From: a virus
Taxonomy: Duplodnaviria > Heunggongvirae > Uroviricota > Caudoviricetes
Length of the DNA stretch: 64,000 bases
IMG/VR virus record: IMGVR_UViG_3300012346_000380
Span: 160,001-224,000 of that record
Strand: one strand, 5' to 3'
Position numbers and translations under genes: made by a program. Each line of letters starts with the position of its first letter. The stretch's first letter is position 1. The notes below the pieces were generated by a model. It was not told the DNA's origin. It searched no databases and worked only from the letters and a program-made list of their open reading frames with translations. Below, piece by piece: positions 18,806 through 29,749 of the stretch.

Positions 18806-19348
18806 TTAATGCTTTGCTAAGTGAGTTTTGATGTCCACATCCAAATCCTTTGCTAATTGTTTGATCAATTGAATATTTCGTGTATCATCATCAAAGAATG
18901 AAATATCGGTGTAGCCTTGTTCTATGAACCATTGCATGGCTTGTTGTTTTTTACTAGCTATATCACCTTTGAGTTTTCTTTTAGGATCATTTACGCACCA
19001 AATCAATTCTGGATGGATATGAAAACCAACATGATCCTTCATCCAATCATAAATCATTTTTTCATCATCTCGAGCAGTGATAATACCGATTGCATTTCCA
19101 GCTTTGTAGTTTTTGGCTAAAATGTCTAAGTATTTCTTAATCATTTTACCAGCTTTCATAACTTCTAAAGATTTGAAATCATCAAAGTCTAAAACTTGAC
19201 CTTTTTTACTCTCATATTTGTTGAATTCTTCGGGTGTTAATTCGTAACAAGTTCCTGTTTTTTGATCGCAAACACGAATTTTTGCATCTGTAATGACAAG
19301 TGTATCATCGAGATCAAATATCAAAATCTTTTCGGTTGAAAATGCCAT
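18806..19348 (-). CDS. HAD-family phosphatase
   Basis: DLDDT, ITAR, K and FFDDD motifs. Confidence 0.8.
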   Translation of the reverse strand: MAFSTEKILIFDLDDTLVITDAKIRVCDQKTGTCYELTPEEFNKYESKKGQVLDFDDFKSLEVMKAGKMIKKYLDILAKNYKAGNAIGIITARDDEKMIYDWMKDHVGFHIHPELIWCVNDPKRKLKGDIASKKQQAMQWFIEQGYTDISFFDDDTRNIQLIKQLAKDLDVDIKTHLAKH

Positions 19349-19541
19349 AATCTACATATTTTTAACTATCTATTATATCAAAGTAATGATAATAGTTTCA
19401 TAAAATAGATCTATAAATGGTATTTGAACCTTTGATTATATCCAGTCACATCCCAATTTTATCAGGATGCGACCAAAAATATTTTACAATAGCAAACATG
19501 GTTTGAAGCTATAAATCAAGGGTGAAGATCTGGTGTGTTGC

Positions 19542-20372
19542 TTATTTTGTGATAATAAACATTTGTTGGTCGAAAACGTCTTGATCAAATAGAGCCATTC
19601 TCTTATTATCACCTAAATGGTGAAAGTCTTGTCTGTATTTTAAACCTAATTCAGTCCAATTTGGTGGATAATTAAAATAAGATTTTTCAGATTCATGTAG
19701 TTCATTAGTCAATGACGCTATTCGATTGCCAGTATTTGTACAAAGTTGAGTTAATAAAGATTGCTCAACAAATGTCATTTCAGCAGTAGAATGCTTTTTG
19801 TGTCTAAATGAATATGTTAAAACTTCTTCCCATAATCTAGATACATTTGTAAATTCCTTTCTCATTTCTTCATCACCTAAATAAATAAAAGACATATTCA
19901 TTACGTGATCGTTGTTCCATAGAATATCGAACATTTGAATTAGACCGCTGTATGGCATTTTGTTAGGATCAGCGTACATCTTATTAGATTCAGCTTGAGT
20001 ACCTGCAAATATAAAATGTTTTAATTCAGAAAGTTTTAATTTATCAGTTAAGACTAAAAAATCAATGTCCATCATGATAAATGGTGCTTTGATCTCATTC
20101 ATCACTTTTAATTTTGATGCCGTCCAAAAGATAGTTCTGTTAATATCATCTTGTTTTGACAAGACTTCAGTATTAACTACATGCCATTCTTTTAACAAAT
20201 CAACGCTTTCCAAATAGGATTTAGTGGTTGCATCGCAATAAATGTGAGTCAATGTATCAGGATAAAACTTCTTCCAATTTTTGATTGAGTTCTCCATGCA
20301 CTTTAATTCAAGCGGACTCAAATAAAATGGATCTAGTTTCTTAGAATTTTCTAAAACCCAATATACATTCAT
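19542..20372 (-). CDS. Putative GT-A glycosyltransferase-like protein
   Basis: FWTASKL...APFIMMDID (DxD), NMS, FVEQ, HHLG. Confidence 0.5.
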   Translation of the reverse strand: MNVYWVLENSKKLDPFYLSPLELKCMENSIKNWKKFYPDTLTHIYCDATTKSYLESVDLLKEWHVVNTEVLSKQDDINRTIFWTASKLKVMNEIKAPFIMMDIDFLVLTDKLKLSELKHFIFAGTQAESNKMYADPNKMPYSGLIQMFDILWNNDHVMNMSFIYLGDEEMRKEFTNVSRLWEEVLTYSFRHKKHSTAEMTFVEQSLLTQLCTNTGNRIASLTNELHESEKSYFNYPPNWTELGLKYRQDFHHLGDNKRMALFDQDVFDQQMFIITK

Positions 20373-21340
20373 TACTCTTCATCTTTTTTTACAAAAAGTC
20401 TAAAATTATCTTGAATTTGTTTGATAAATGTAACCATATCATCGTTAATTCTATATGTGCCAACTAGTGGATGAATTAACAACAATTTACCAGGCTCGTT
20501 ATTCTCAACAATACTCATTTCAAAAGGAACGCTAATTACAACTTCATATCCTAAATCATCAGTCACGTCTAAAGTTGTTAAACCGTGCATAGCAGTCCAT
20601 CCTAACCAAACTGTTTCATCACAATATTGTTTAGCGTATGTGTTTATTAATGCGTGTTTATAATATTTAGCATCTTCGAAGAATTTAGTTTTATAAATGA
20701 ATATGCAACTTAAAGACCATTGTGTATTTACCAGCCAATCTTTTACATATTCAGAATCTACTGATAAAGAATCAGCCATGAAATCAATATACTCGTCTTG
20801 TGGTATAGAAGTACATAAATTATCTCTTCTTCCAAAGAAAACTGAAGCCGAATTGTTTTCAACGTTGATAGCAATAGGTCTATCAGATTTTGCAGTATGT
20901 GTTAACACATTTTTGTAAAAATCTATTTTGGTATCACTATAGAAAAACATATCACCATCTACTACTGAAACTACTTCATATTTTTTCAACATTGGATTAG
21001 TAGTAATCATGTATTTAACAGCAAATTGCTTCTGAACTTTGATTATCTGTTCTTTCGCTATCAAGTTTCTAAATAAATGAATAGCAAAATCATAACGCTC
21101 TTCGTCTACAAATAAGTAAATATCAGCCATTTCTAGAACGTCTGTATACATTATTTGACTACACAATGAATGATATATGTATGGTAAATACCACTCGGTT
21201 GACCAAGTTTGATAAACCACTGCAATTTTTTTATCACCTGTGTTTGTGTAAAACTTGCCTTCACCTAAGTCAGGCCAATGTTCAAAACTTATTTTACTAG
21301 ATACGTAAAACTTAGGATCATCTGGTATTATTCTTTCCAT
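20372..21340 (-). CDS. Putative GT-A glycosyltransferase-like protein
   Basis: VVDGDMFF DxD motif, CDE and LIHP in GT-A-like positions. Confidence 0.4.
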   Translation of the reverse strand: MERIIPDDPKFYVSSKISFEHWPDLGEGKFYTNTGDKKIAVVYQTWSTEWYLPYIYHSLCSQIMYTDVLEMADIYLFVDEERYDFAIHLFRNLIAKEQIIKVQKQFAVKYMITTNPMLKKYEVVSVVDGDMFFYSDTKIDFYKNVLTHTAKSDRPIAINVENNSASVFFGRRDNLCTSIPQDEYIDFMADSLSVDSEYVKDWLVNTQWSLSCIFIYKTKFFEDAKYYKHALINTYAKQYCDETVWLGWTAMHGLTTLDVTDDLGYEVVISVPFEMSIVENNEPGKLLLIHPLVGTYRINDDMVTFIKQIQDNFRLFVKKDEE

Positions 21341-21404
21341 TATTAAAAATTATTTAAAATTTATATGTGTATATTTGTTAATGTTTCAGAATATTTATCT
21401 AAAT

Positions 21405-21433
21405 AAAAAAGGTCTCCTTTTGAGAGACCTTTT
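21405..21433 (-). terminator. Rho-independent terminator
   Basis: AAAAGGTCTC-CTTTTGA-GAGACCTTTT. Confidence 0.7.
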
Positions 21434-21452
21434 AAAATTCTATATTAATTTT

Positions 21453-22178
21453 TTACAATGATGGAATGATAGTTTTAGTTGATGTATTAGCATCAGTATA
21501 AACTAATTGTATTTGACCACTACCACCCATGGTTACACTAAATTGTGAATTTAAAGTATTTGCTGGTATAGTAATATAAGATCCAGAATTGAATGTTTGA
21601 CCACTAGCTGTAATACTATTACTCATTGAAATTGGGCTTCCTGATAAACCAGTTGAAGATGCCGAACCTGAATTTGTACCAGAATTATAATACGATGAAC
21701 TACCTCTAAGCCAGATATATTTGTCATAAGCTGTTGGATTATCGATGATAATTACCGCTGTACCAGGTGAAGATATTGGGAATGAAGATCCTGAGATCCA
21801 AGTATATCCAAATGTTGTTCCAACCGGAACTTCAAATGTTGTATGATAATCGTTAGAAGATAACCAAGCCATTGCGTTTGTTGTATTAACAAAAGATTGA
21901 CCGGCTAATTGTGCAACTAAATCTATAAAAGATTGATCTGTTAAATCCACAGATCTTACAAAGTTTAAAGTTGAATATGTACCATCTGGTGTAATTCTAC
22001 TTGCACCTTCAAAGCTTATGATATGTCCAGTTTCTTCTGGTCCATTATACCATTTTAATTCTGTTGATGCAAAATCAAATCCATTTACATTAGATGGTAT
22101 TACTGCTGATATACTTCCAGATTTTTTAGTTCCTGAAATTTCTGAACCAGTATGTTTTGCGAAAGGTCTTGTTGCCAT
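21453..22178 (-). CDS. Ser/Thr/Gly-rich putative virion structural protein
   Basis: Beta-rich composition, late-type motif at 22201-22210, near the fibre gene. Confidence 0.55.
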   Translation of the reverse strand: MATRPFAKHTGSEISGTKKSGSISAVIPSNVNGFDFASTELKWYNGPEETGHIISFEGASRITPDGTYSTLNFVRSVDLTDQSFIDLVAQLAGQSFVNTTNAMAWLSSNDYHTTFEVPVGTTFGYTWISGSSFPISSPGTAVIIIDNPTAYDKYIWLRGSSSYYNSGTNSGSASSTGLSGSPISMSNSITASGQTFNSGSYITIPANTLNSQFSVTMGGSGQIQLVYTDANTSTKTIIPSL

Positions 22179-22222
22179 TTTATTTAAGTATTTTTATATG
22201 TTATATATTTGCTAGTAAGCTA

Positions 22223-22465
22223 TTATTCTTCTGTGATTTCTAATTTATCTCTGTCTTTTTTCTTTAATCTATTTCGTAAAAAGAAATACAAGCCAAAGAA
22301 TACAGCTGATAGGCAATAAAAAATTAAATCCGTAACCCAAAAAGATCCCGTCCACTTCATTACTAAAGCGAATGCTGCGTCGAATCCAAGCGGATTGAAG
22401 AAGGTTGCTATGATCAAACAGATCGAAGCTATGTTCTTGTGTAGTGTTATTTTCCAAGTTGTCAT
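22223..22465 (-). CDS. Small membrane protein
   Basis: Two hydrophobic segments and a charged C-terminal tail. Confidence 0.6.
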   Translation of the reverse strand: MTTWKITLHKNIASICLIIATFFNPLGFDAAFALVMKWTGSFWVTDLIFYCLSAVFFGLYFFLRNRLKKKDRDKLEITEE

Positions 22466-22501
22466 GTTTTAAACTATCGGGGTCCATATTATAGGTTATT
22501 T

Positions 22502-23122
22502 TTAAAACTTAGGAATTCCACCAATCTGAATTGCTCGCTTTCTCCAAACTGCAATAACAGATTCTTTTCTTTCTTCATCAATTTCTTCAGAATCTAAGTA
22601 TTGTTCAATTGTATTTATCAACGGTTCTTTCTTTTTTCTAGACTTTAAAGCCAATCCTTGTAAATTAGCATCAATTTCTTTAGGTAATAAAAGATATAAG
22701 TAAGCTTCTAAGATACCTTGATTTATTAAATTTCTTTCAAGACTATCATCTTCAAGCCATTTACCGTGTTTTTCATTCCAACCATTTTGTGTTAGATGCT
22801 CCATTTCATGACGCATAACATCTATTAAATCAAAATAAATTTCAGACCATTTGTTTGGTAAATCAATTGGATCAATCGTAAAATCAATCCATATTTTACC
22901 ACAAATATCTTTATCGCCTTCATCTGAAAAACCTTGAATATGATAACTAAATCCTTTTTTAAATCTAAGTTTAGCTGTTAATTCAAACTCTAAAAAATCA
23001 AAATCAAATTCTCTTTCAAGTGTTGATGTTTTACGATCTTTTGAAAAAGAATAGATCCATCGCTTCATTATCTGTTTTACACAAATAGAAACAATGGATC
23101 TGTATTTTAAATTAGAGTTCAA
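22502..23122 (-). CDS. Putative zinc metallopeptidase-like protein
   Basis: HExxH motif (RHEMEH) with downstream EIDA. Confidence 0.5.
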   Translation of the reverse strand: MNSNLKYRSIVSICVKQIMKRWIYSFSKDRKTSTLEREFDFDFLEFELTAKLRFKKGFSYHIQGFSDEGDKDICGKIWIDFTIDPIDLPNKWSEIYFDLIDVMRHEMEHLTQNGWNEKHGKWLEDDSLERNLINQGILEAYLYLLLPKEIDANLQGLALKSRKKKEPLINTIEQYLDSEEIDEERKESVIAVWRKRAIQIGGIPKF

Positions 23123-23128
23123 CGACTC

Positions 23129-26100
23129 TTATTTGTTTTTTAAGATTTCAATCTCAGCTTTTAATTCTTGTATAGCTTGAACCAAATAAACTGAAAGTCT
23201 AGCATAATCAACTGTTAAATACTCAGTATCATCGCCAACACCATTCATTTTTAAGATTTCACTTTTGTGAATTAAATGTGGGAATTGAGCTTGTATATCT
23301 TGAGCTATAAAACCAACATCGTGGCCTCTACCCATTTCTTTGATCCAATCAAATTCTACAGGCGTGATATTCATTATTTTATCAAGCGCGTAACCATCAA
23401 TTGGTGTTACATTTTCTTTTAATCTATTATCAGACGTTATACTTGAGAAACCTATAATATTTCCAGAAGCTTCGAATGCACCATTAGTATTCCAAGCAAA
23501 TTGTGTACCTACAAATCTTTTAACAGATATTGGAGTTTGACCAACCGTAGGTGAACCTAATTGAACTGTAGTTCCAGACACATATCCACCTTCGTTATAT
23601 CCAGTTAATCCACTGGCACCTTGAGCTCCTGTAGCGCCTTGAGCTCCTGTAGCGCCTTGAGCTCCTGTAGCACCTTGAGCTCCTGTTGCACCTTGAGCTC
23701 CTGTTGCACCTTGAGCACCTTGAACAGAAACACCTGAAGTACCGCTAGCGCCTTGAGCACCTGTAGCACCTTGCGCTCCCGTTGCACCTTGCGCTCCTTG
23801 AAGTCCAGAAGTTCCAGCTACACCTTGAGCACCATTTACACCTGATATACCTGAAGTTCCTGAAGTTCCTGAAGTACCATTTACGCCTTGAGCACCTGTA
23901 GCACCTTGTGCTCCATTCACACCGGAAGTTCCACTAGCACCTTGTGCTCCTGTAGCACCTTGAGCACCATTTACACCAGAAGTTCCAGCAGCTCCTTGAG
24001 CACCCGTGGCACCTTGAGCACCTGTTGCGCCTTGAGCACCTGTTGCGCCTTGAGCACCTTGTGCTCCATTAATACCTGAAGTTCCACTAGCTCCTTGAGC
24101 ACCTTGTGCTCCATTAACACCAGATATACCAGAAGTTCCGTTAGCACCTTGCGCTCCATTAACACCAGAAGATCCAGAAGTTCCGCTTGTTCCTGAAGAA
24201 CCATTAGTTCCTGAAGTTCCAGCAGTTCCACTCGAACCAGATGTTCCAGCAGTTCCACTTGAACCACTCGAACCAGAAGAACCAGAAGTTCCTGAAGTTC
24301 CACTAGAACCCGAAGCTCCTTGTGCTCCATTTATACCCGATATACCAGAAGTTCCTGAAGATCCAGACGTTCCACTTGAACCCGAAGTCCCTGCACTACC
24401 AGAAGTTCCGCTTGAACCAGAAGTTCCAGCAGTTCCACTTGAACCAGAAGTTCCTGAAGATCCAGATGTTCCACTTGAACCATTAACACCTTGTGCTCCC
24501 TGTGCACCTGTTGGACCTTCGGTAGCTCCTAATGATGAGATCACGTATGAATAATCAGAAATACCTTCAGTGTAAAATTTAATAGTTCTATTAGTGCTAT
24601 TGTCGTTAGTTGCATAAATTTGTACAAGAACTCTATCCGTTGGATCAACATAATGAGACGGTATGAATATATCTTGATACATGTCAACTGGAATTGTATC
24701 ATCAGTGTCCCACCCGATTAACGCCGGTGTTGTTGTTCCCCATACTGCAATCGGTGTTCCACTTGAATCTGTATGTGTTATTTTTAAATATATTTGAATA
24801 TCATGACCTACCGCTCCTTTAGTAAAGTGCATTTTAAATTGTTGAATTCCGCCGGGCACAACAGCAACGCCTAATCCAGATGGTGTAATAAATTGTGTGA
24901 CTAATACATCACTTTGAAGAGAAGTTAAATTTGTAGTTACTACTTGTTGTGCAGCAGCCGTCGGCATCGTTGCTAACTCGTTAAGATCATTTACTCCACC
25001 ACCATTATTAACGACAATAACAGATTCATTCATATAGAATATTTGACCTACACTAGATCCAGCTTCTCCTGTTGCACCTTGTGCTCCATTTACACCAGAA
25101 GATCCAGAAGTTCCAGATGATCCAGAAGAACCAGAAGTTCCATCTTGTCCTGCAGCACCTTGCGCTCCATTAATACCAGATATTCCCGATGTTCCACTTA
25201 ATCCTGAAGACCCTGATGTTCCATTTAAACCATCAACGCCTGAACTTCCATTTGAACCTGAAGTTCCGGCAGTTCCACTAGAACCATCTGTTCCTGCAGT
25301 TCCACTTGAACCTGAAGATCCAGAAGTTCCATCTTGTCCTGCAGCACCTTGTGCTCCATTAATACCAGATATTCCTGATGTTCCACTCGTTCCTGCTATT
25401 CCACTTGAACCTGAAGTTCCAGCTGTTCCACTAGAACCATCTGTTCCTGCAGTTCCACTTGAACCTGAAGTTCCATCAGTTCCACTTGAACCAGAAGTTC
25501 CTGAAGTTCCAGAAGTTCCAGCTGCACCTTGTGCTCCATTTATACCAGATATTCCCGATGTTCCAGAAGTTCCAGCTGCGCCTTGTGCTCCATCAATACC
25601 TGAAGTTCCAGTAGCTCCTTGAGCTCCGTTTATACCAGAAGTTCCCGCTGCACCTTGTGCTCCATCAATTCCGCTTGTTCCATTTTGACCAGCTGCACCT
25701 TGTGCTCCATCAATTCCGCTTGTTCCATCTTGACCTGCAGCACCTTGTGCTCCATCAACACCTATAGTTCCACTAATACCACTAGAACCTGAAGATCCAT
25801 CAGTACCTGAGGTTCCGTTAGTTAAACCAGAAGAACCGCTTGTTCCTGTAGTTCCACTTGTTCCAGCTGCACCTTGTGCACCTTGTAAACCAGGAGAACC
25901 TGCAAAACCTTGTGCTCCTCTAGCACCTGATGTTCCACTTGTTCCAGAAAGACCAATGCCACCTTGAGCACCTTGAGATCCTGTTGCACCTTGAGATCCT
26001 GTTGCACCTACTGCGCCTTGTGCTCCTTGAGCACCTCCACCTCCACCACCGCCAGTAGCTTCACTTAAATCCCAATAGTATTCTGTACCATTTACAGTTT

Positions 26101-26338
26101 GACGACTACTTAAAACAGGTGTTTTACCTAAATCAATATTAGGATCAATAATACCTTGATCTCCATGACCTAGAATTTCATAATTTTTAATAATCTCACC
26201 AGTTAAGGCTAAATTATAATTCATTTCTTCATGAGTCAATGCTCTACCTAATAATTCCTTAGATAATTGAATATATGAACCATTAGCACCTCTGTGCAAT
26301 CCATGTGAGAATGTATATTCGCTAATTTTTTTAGACAT
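23129..26338 (-). CDS. Collagen-like tail fibre with C-terminal intramolecular chaperone (peptidase S74)
   Basis: Two long G-X-Y tracts (GTS, GSS, GAQ, GAT) around a globular domain; C-terminal SDNRLKENV...GFIAQD...VDYARL..QAIQEL. Confidence 0.85.
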   Translation of the reverse strand: MSKKISEYTFSHGLHRGANGSYIQLSKELLGRALTHEEMNYNLALTGEIIKNYEILGHGDQGIIDPNIDLGKTPVLSSRQTVNGTEYYWDLSEATGGGGGGGAQGAQGAVGATGSQGATGSQGAQGGIGLSGTSGTSGARGAQGFAGSPGLQGAQGAAGTSGTTGTSGSSGLTNGTSGTDGSSGSSGISGTIGVDGAQGAAGQDGTSGIDGAQGAAGQNGTSGIDGAQGAAGTSGINGAQGATGTSGIDGAQGAAGTSGTSGISGINGAQGAAGTSGTSGTSGSSGTDGTSGSSGTAGTDGSSGTAGTSGSSGIAGTSGTSGISGINGAQGAAGQDGTSGSSGSSGTAGTDGSSGTAGTSGSNGSSGVDGLNGTSGSSGLSGTSGISGINGAQGAAGQDGTSGSSGSSGTSGSSGVNGAQGATGEAGSSVGQIFYMNESVIVVNNGGGVNDLNELATMPTAAAQQVVTTNLTSLQSDVLVTQFITPSGLGVAVVPGGIQQFKMHFTKGAVGHDIQIYLKITHTDSSGTPIAVWGTTTPALIGWDTDDTIPVDMYQDIFIPSHYVDPTDRVLVQIYATNDNSTNRTIKFYTEGISDYSYVISSLGATEGPTGAQGAQGVNGSSGTSGSSGTSGSSGTAGTSGSSGTSGSAGTSGSSGTSGSSGTSGISGINGAQGASGSSGTSGTSGSSGSSGSSGTAGTSGSSGTAGTSGTNGSSGTSGTSGSSGVNGAQGANGTSGISGVNGAQGAQGASGTSGINGAQGAQGATGAQGATGAQGATGAQGAAGTSGVNGAQGATGAQGASGTSGVNGAQGATGAQGVNGTSGTSGTSGISGVNGAQGVAGTSGLQGAQGATGAQGATGAQGASGTSGVSVQGAQGATGAQGATGAQGATGAQGATGAQGATGAQGASGLTGYNEGGYVSGTTVQLGSPTVGQTPISVKRFVGTQFAWNTNGAFEASGNIIGFSSITSDNRLKENVTPIDGYALDKIMNITPVEFDWIKEMGRGHDVGFIAQDIQAQFPHLIHKSEILKMNGVGDDTEYLTVDYARLSVYLVQAIQELKAEIEILKNK

Positions 26339-26365
26339 TTTATATGTTACTGTTTTTTATATTTA

Positions 26366-26953
26366 TTATAAATTATCGAACAAATCTATCAACGCATCTT
26401 TTGCATTTTTAGTATGTGTTGAACCGTTCTTAATATACGTTACGTTATTACTTCCAAAAAGACCTTGAATATAACCGCAATCAATGTATTGCATAGTTAA
26501 ATTACCATTAGCATCTTCTTCAACTTGAATGTAAACGTCTGTATATAATTTATCCCAAATGTTTACCAACTCGTTGTATTTTGGTAAATACATTTGATTT
26601 AAAGTATCTAAGATAGCTTGCATTTCATTAGGATATTTCTCACTATTAGGCGCTTTGTATCTTTTAAGAGTATCGTCAAATGAAATTATAAAATTAGAAC
26701 CGTTTATATCTGTAACAATACTCGATATTTGATATAATTTCATGTTTGAACATTCTGCTGCATTTTTAAATTGAGCAGGTGTTAAACCAGACAAAGACAC
26801 TGAGTTTAAATTAACACCAATGCTTGAATTCTTATTAGAAAATTCTTTGTAAATTAATCTAGCGTCAACTACTTTAATAATACCAGACGAATTGTTTGGA
26901 ATATTATTAACTGCTTCACGTGCATAGATTAAAGAAATTTTATCACTTACCAT
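26366..26953 (-). CDS. Hypothetical protein
   Basis: 195-aa ORF in the late operon. Confidence 0.65.
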   Translation of the reverse strand: MVSDKISLIYAREAVNNIPNNSSGIIKVVDARLIYKEFSNKNSSIGVNLNSVSLSGLTPAQFKNAAECSNMKLYQISSIVTDINGSNFIISFDDTLKRYKAPNSEKYPNEMQAILDTLNQMYLPKYNELVNIWDKLYTDVYIQVEEDANGNLTMQYIDCGYIQGLFGSNNVTYIKNGSTHTKNAKDALIDLFDNL

Positions 26954-27347
26954 TGTTTAAGAAATTTGTTACGATATATGTTACAAGACCACCTAAACCT
27001 GTTAAAAGAGCCCAAAAAACTTTAGTGATTGAAGTTTTCCATTTAACTAAATCATTATGCTCTTCAATAATTTTATCCATTTTGGTTTCTAATTCTTCTT
27101 GAGATTCTCTGAATTCAGTATTTTTCTTAGTTTCAACTACAATACCATCATAAGGATTCAGCAATTTCTGCTTTAGATCTGAAATGCTAGCTTTCATTTC
27201 ATTTTGATTTTCCATTAATTGTTTAATGGCACCTTCAATTTGGATATAAGATGGATCCTCCATTTTACGACGAAATGATTCAAAAGCTTTGTATAAGCCT
27301 TCAATTAATTCTTTAGGAGTTTGGTCTGGGTTTTGATTTTCAAACAT
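26943..27347 (-). CDS. Coiled-coil protein with C-terminal TM helix
   Basis: Heptad-like region followed by VFWALLTGLGGLVTYIV. Confidence 0.6.
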   Translation of the reverse strand: MFENQNPDQTPKELIEGLYKAFESFRRKMEDPSYIQIEGAIKQLMENQNEMKASISDLKQKLLNPYDGIVVETKKNTEFRESQEELETKMDKIIEEHNDLVKWKTSITKVFWALLTGLGGLVTYIVTNFLNNGK

Positions 27348-27356
27348 AAATAAAAA

Positions 27357-27396
27357 CGGTCTTTTTAGTCATATTATATATCGACTAAAAAGACCG
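27357..27396. promoter_or_regulatory. 14-bp perfect inverted repeat with the late-type motif in its loop
   Basis: CGGTCTTTTTAGTC-ATATTATATATC-GACTAAAAAGACCG. Confidence 0.6.
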
Positions 27397-27417
27397 CTTA
27401 ATTATGTAAGTGTAAAT

Positions 27418-27753
27418 TTATTTATCTTGTCCTTCGGTAGAGTGACCGTAGTGTGCTAAGTATTCAGCTGGCGACATGCCATGTAAAGCAGCTTGTGCTA
27501 ATAAAATATCTGGATATGTTCCATTTAGGCGTCGTACACCTGTTGCAGTTTGTGACCAAGTTCCGTATTGTAAAACAGGATCTTGTTGTGTAAGTGGTAT
27601 AATGCTTCCTTCAGACTCAGCGCCTGTGCTTGTAGTTGGTACTTTACCAGCTCCTTGTATAGTTCCTACAACAATATTTGCCATTGAAGATGGATTGAAA
27701 GGAGTTTGATACTCAGCGATAAAGTCTTCTAAGTTTTTAACGTGTGTTTTCAT
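27418..27753 (-). CDS. Leader-bearing protein (putative internal virion protein)
   Basis: N-terminus MKTHVKNLEDFIAE; late-type motif at 27757-27765. Confidence 0.65.
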   Translation of the reverse strand: MKTHVKNLEDFIAEYQTPFNPSSMANIVVGTIQGAGKVPTTSTGAESEGSIIPLTQQDPVLQYGTWSQTATGVRRLNGTYPDILLAQAALHGMSPAEYLAHYGHSTEGQDK

Positions 27754-27768
27754 GTTCTATATATCTGA

Positions 27769-28323
27769 TTAAAGTCCTTTAAATTCTGGAAAACTCTTAG
27801 TACTTTGGTTGTCTCTTTCAGTATAAATCTTATAAGCTTTCTTTTTATCAGAAGCACTTAATTTATCATATAAAGCTACAATGTTTTTCTCACTAGCAAC
27901 ACCTGATTTCCAAACGTCATGTGAATCAGAATAATTGTAATAAGTATCGTGTGATTTCCAAGCCAATTCCCATTGTTCTAATGGACTCAAAGACTTTTTA
28001 ATTAACTCAGTTCTAATCTCTTGTTGAGATTTCTTTTTCTTGTTCAAATACAATTCCCAACTGCCTCTCATTGAACCTATTTTAAAAGCATGTAAAATAT
28101 CTCCAGTTGATAATTTAATTTCAAACTTAATACCTTTGGCATCATCAGATTGGTCTGCAATGGACCTAATCCATTTATCATCAAATGTCGGTGTAGCGTG
28201 TTTAACTGTAAGTTTTACATCAGCCACAAGATCTTCGGGTGAACCCCAATTACCTTTCTTTGGATTTTGATAATCACTATATGTTTGATATGCTTCAAAC
28301 GTCATTACTATTTTATTGCTCAT
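27769..28323 (-). CDS. Hypothetical protein
   Basis: 184 aa; early promoter cassette upstream. Confidence 0.65.
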   Translation of the reverse strand: MSNKIVMTFEAYQTYSDYQNPKKGNWGSPEDLVADVKLTVKHATPTFDDKWIRSIADQSDDAKGIKFEIKLSTGDILHAFKIGSMRGSWELYLNKKKKSQQEIRTELIKKSLSPLEQWELAWKSHDTYYNYSDSHDVWKSGVASEKNIVALYDKLSASDKKKAYKIYTERDNQSTKSFPEFKGL

Positions 28324-28395
28324 AATTGTTTATTTTAATTACAGTACAAATATACTAAAAAAAGCCCAAACTAAAAAATTTGGGCTTAATTATTT

Positions 28396-28941
28396 TTATC
28401 CTAAATATAATTCTTCAAAGTGTAAAAGATCTAATCTCTTATCGATGTCAATTAATTGTAAAGCATTTAATAAATCTGAGTATTCCGCTACAGATTCAGT
28501 TTGAATACCTCTAAATTCTTGTAAGAAATCAAATGTGGCTAAGTCACTTGTAAATAAAACTTGAGAATCAGCTATGTATTTTTTATATAAATCATACTCT
28601 AGATTATATGATCTTTCGATGATTTCTGGTAAATTACCAAAATCTGTATGCGTTTCTACTTTAGGTACAACTGGTAAAACATTCCAGTCCACTAAATATT
28701 TTTGTAATTTTAAAGCGTGTTCTAATTCATTAGCAGATTCTTTTGTAAAGAATACAGCAGCTTTCTTGTAACCTGCACCTAAACACCAATTTGCAGCGGC
28801 ATTGTAGAAATAATGTGCGGTGTATTCGTCACCTAATCTTTCTGTTAGTAATTTAACTGAATCTCCGGATAAAACAACAGGTTGTCTCAAGCCGTTGTTT
28901 ACGTTTGGCGCAACAGCATTTTCATTAATTGATTTAATCAT
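28396..28941 (-). CDS. ftn: Ferritin
   Basis: Ferroxidase-centre pattern E...YFY, E..EL.H, E, Q..S in a four-helix bundle (DEYTAHYFY, ESANELEHA, LEYDL, FLQEFRGIQ). Confidence 0.8.
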   Translation of the reverse strand: MIKSINENAVAPNVNNGLRQPVVLSGDSVKLLTERLGDEYTAHYFYNAAANWCLGAGYKKAAVFFTKESANELEHALKLQKYLVDWNVLPVVPKVETHTDFGNLPEIIERSYNLEYDLYKKYIADSQVLFTSDLATFDFLQEFRGIQTESVAEYSDLLNALQLIDIDKRLDLLHFEELYLG

Positions 28942-28945
28942 GTCT

Positions 28946-29698
28946 TTATTTTAAATTTTTAATAACTGCATCGTCTGCTTTAATTTCACCCATTGGTATT
29001 TGTAAATTTTTAACCAACATTTGTACGAAATCAACAGCTGCATCTTTTTCTTTAAATGAGAATACATCAGTCGACGGTCTTTTACCGTATTTGATAAACA
29101 TGTCATTGAAAAGTGCAATAGCATCTTTAGCATGTCTAAGGCTTACTGTAACCTCAAAAGCTTCATTAACTAATGATTCTTTAACACCTACTTCTTTTAA
29201 AGATTTAACTTGTTTACCTTTCTGCTCACCACTATCCGCAGCAAACCATAATAAACCGTCTTTGATTAATCTTTTGTAAAGTTCAGCTTTAACAATTTCA
29301 AAATTGATAGTGTCAGATGAATTCTCCCAAGTTTCTTCTACATAGTCTGGATCAATCCAACCAAATCCTGATTTAATGTTTTTAACCATTGTTTTGTAAT
29401 CAGTTTCAAATTGTTTTACGGCAGCTTCAGTAACAACAGCTTCATATACAGTACCTTGCACCTCTTCAGCCTTATTAAATTTCTTAGCAGATTTTTTAAT
29501 CTCATTTAATTTTTTAATAATACTATCAAGTACACCAGGATCTACGTCATTACCTGCCTTTGCGCTATCATAAAAATTCATTAGATTTTTAGATACTAGA
29601 TATAAATCATTTCCAATCACATCAGATGGTAATCTGTAAAATGATTCTTGTATAGATTCTTCACCATTGAATTCTTCGAATAGTTTAATTTTCTTCAT
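28946..29698 (-). CDS. Leader-bearing multi-segment protein (putative internal virion polyprotein)
   Basis: MKKIKLFEEF leader; internal EAVVTEA and ESLVNEA sites. Confidence 0.65.
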   Translation of the reverse strand: MKKIKLFEEFNGEESIQESFYRLPSDVIGNDLYLVSKNLMNFYDSAKAGNDVDPGVLDSIIKKLNEIKKSAKKFNKAEEVQGTVYEAVVTEAAVKQFETDYKTMVKNIKSGFGWIDPDYVEETWENSSDTINFEIVKAELYKRLIKDGLLWFAADSGEQKGKQVKSLKEVGVKESLVNEAFEVTVSLRHAKDAIALFNDMFIKYGKRPSTDVFSFKEKDAAVDFVQMLVKNLQIPMGEIKADDAVIKNLK

Positions 29699-29749
29699 GT
29701 TTTAGTAAATCTTTTTCTTTTATTTAAATAAATATAAACTATATATCTC

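Noticed and set aside
23605-26007. Alternative-frame ORFs with VLKAQQ/ELLVL repeats, and possible CRISPR-like periodicity
   Set aside because: Frame-shifted shadows of the collagen repeat; there are no unique spacers between constant repeats.
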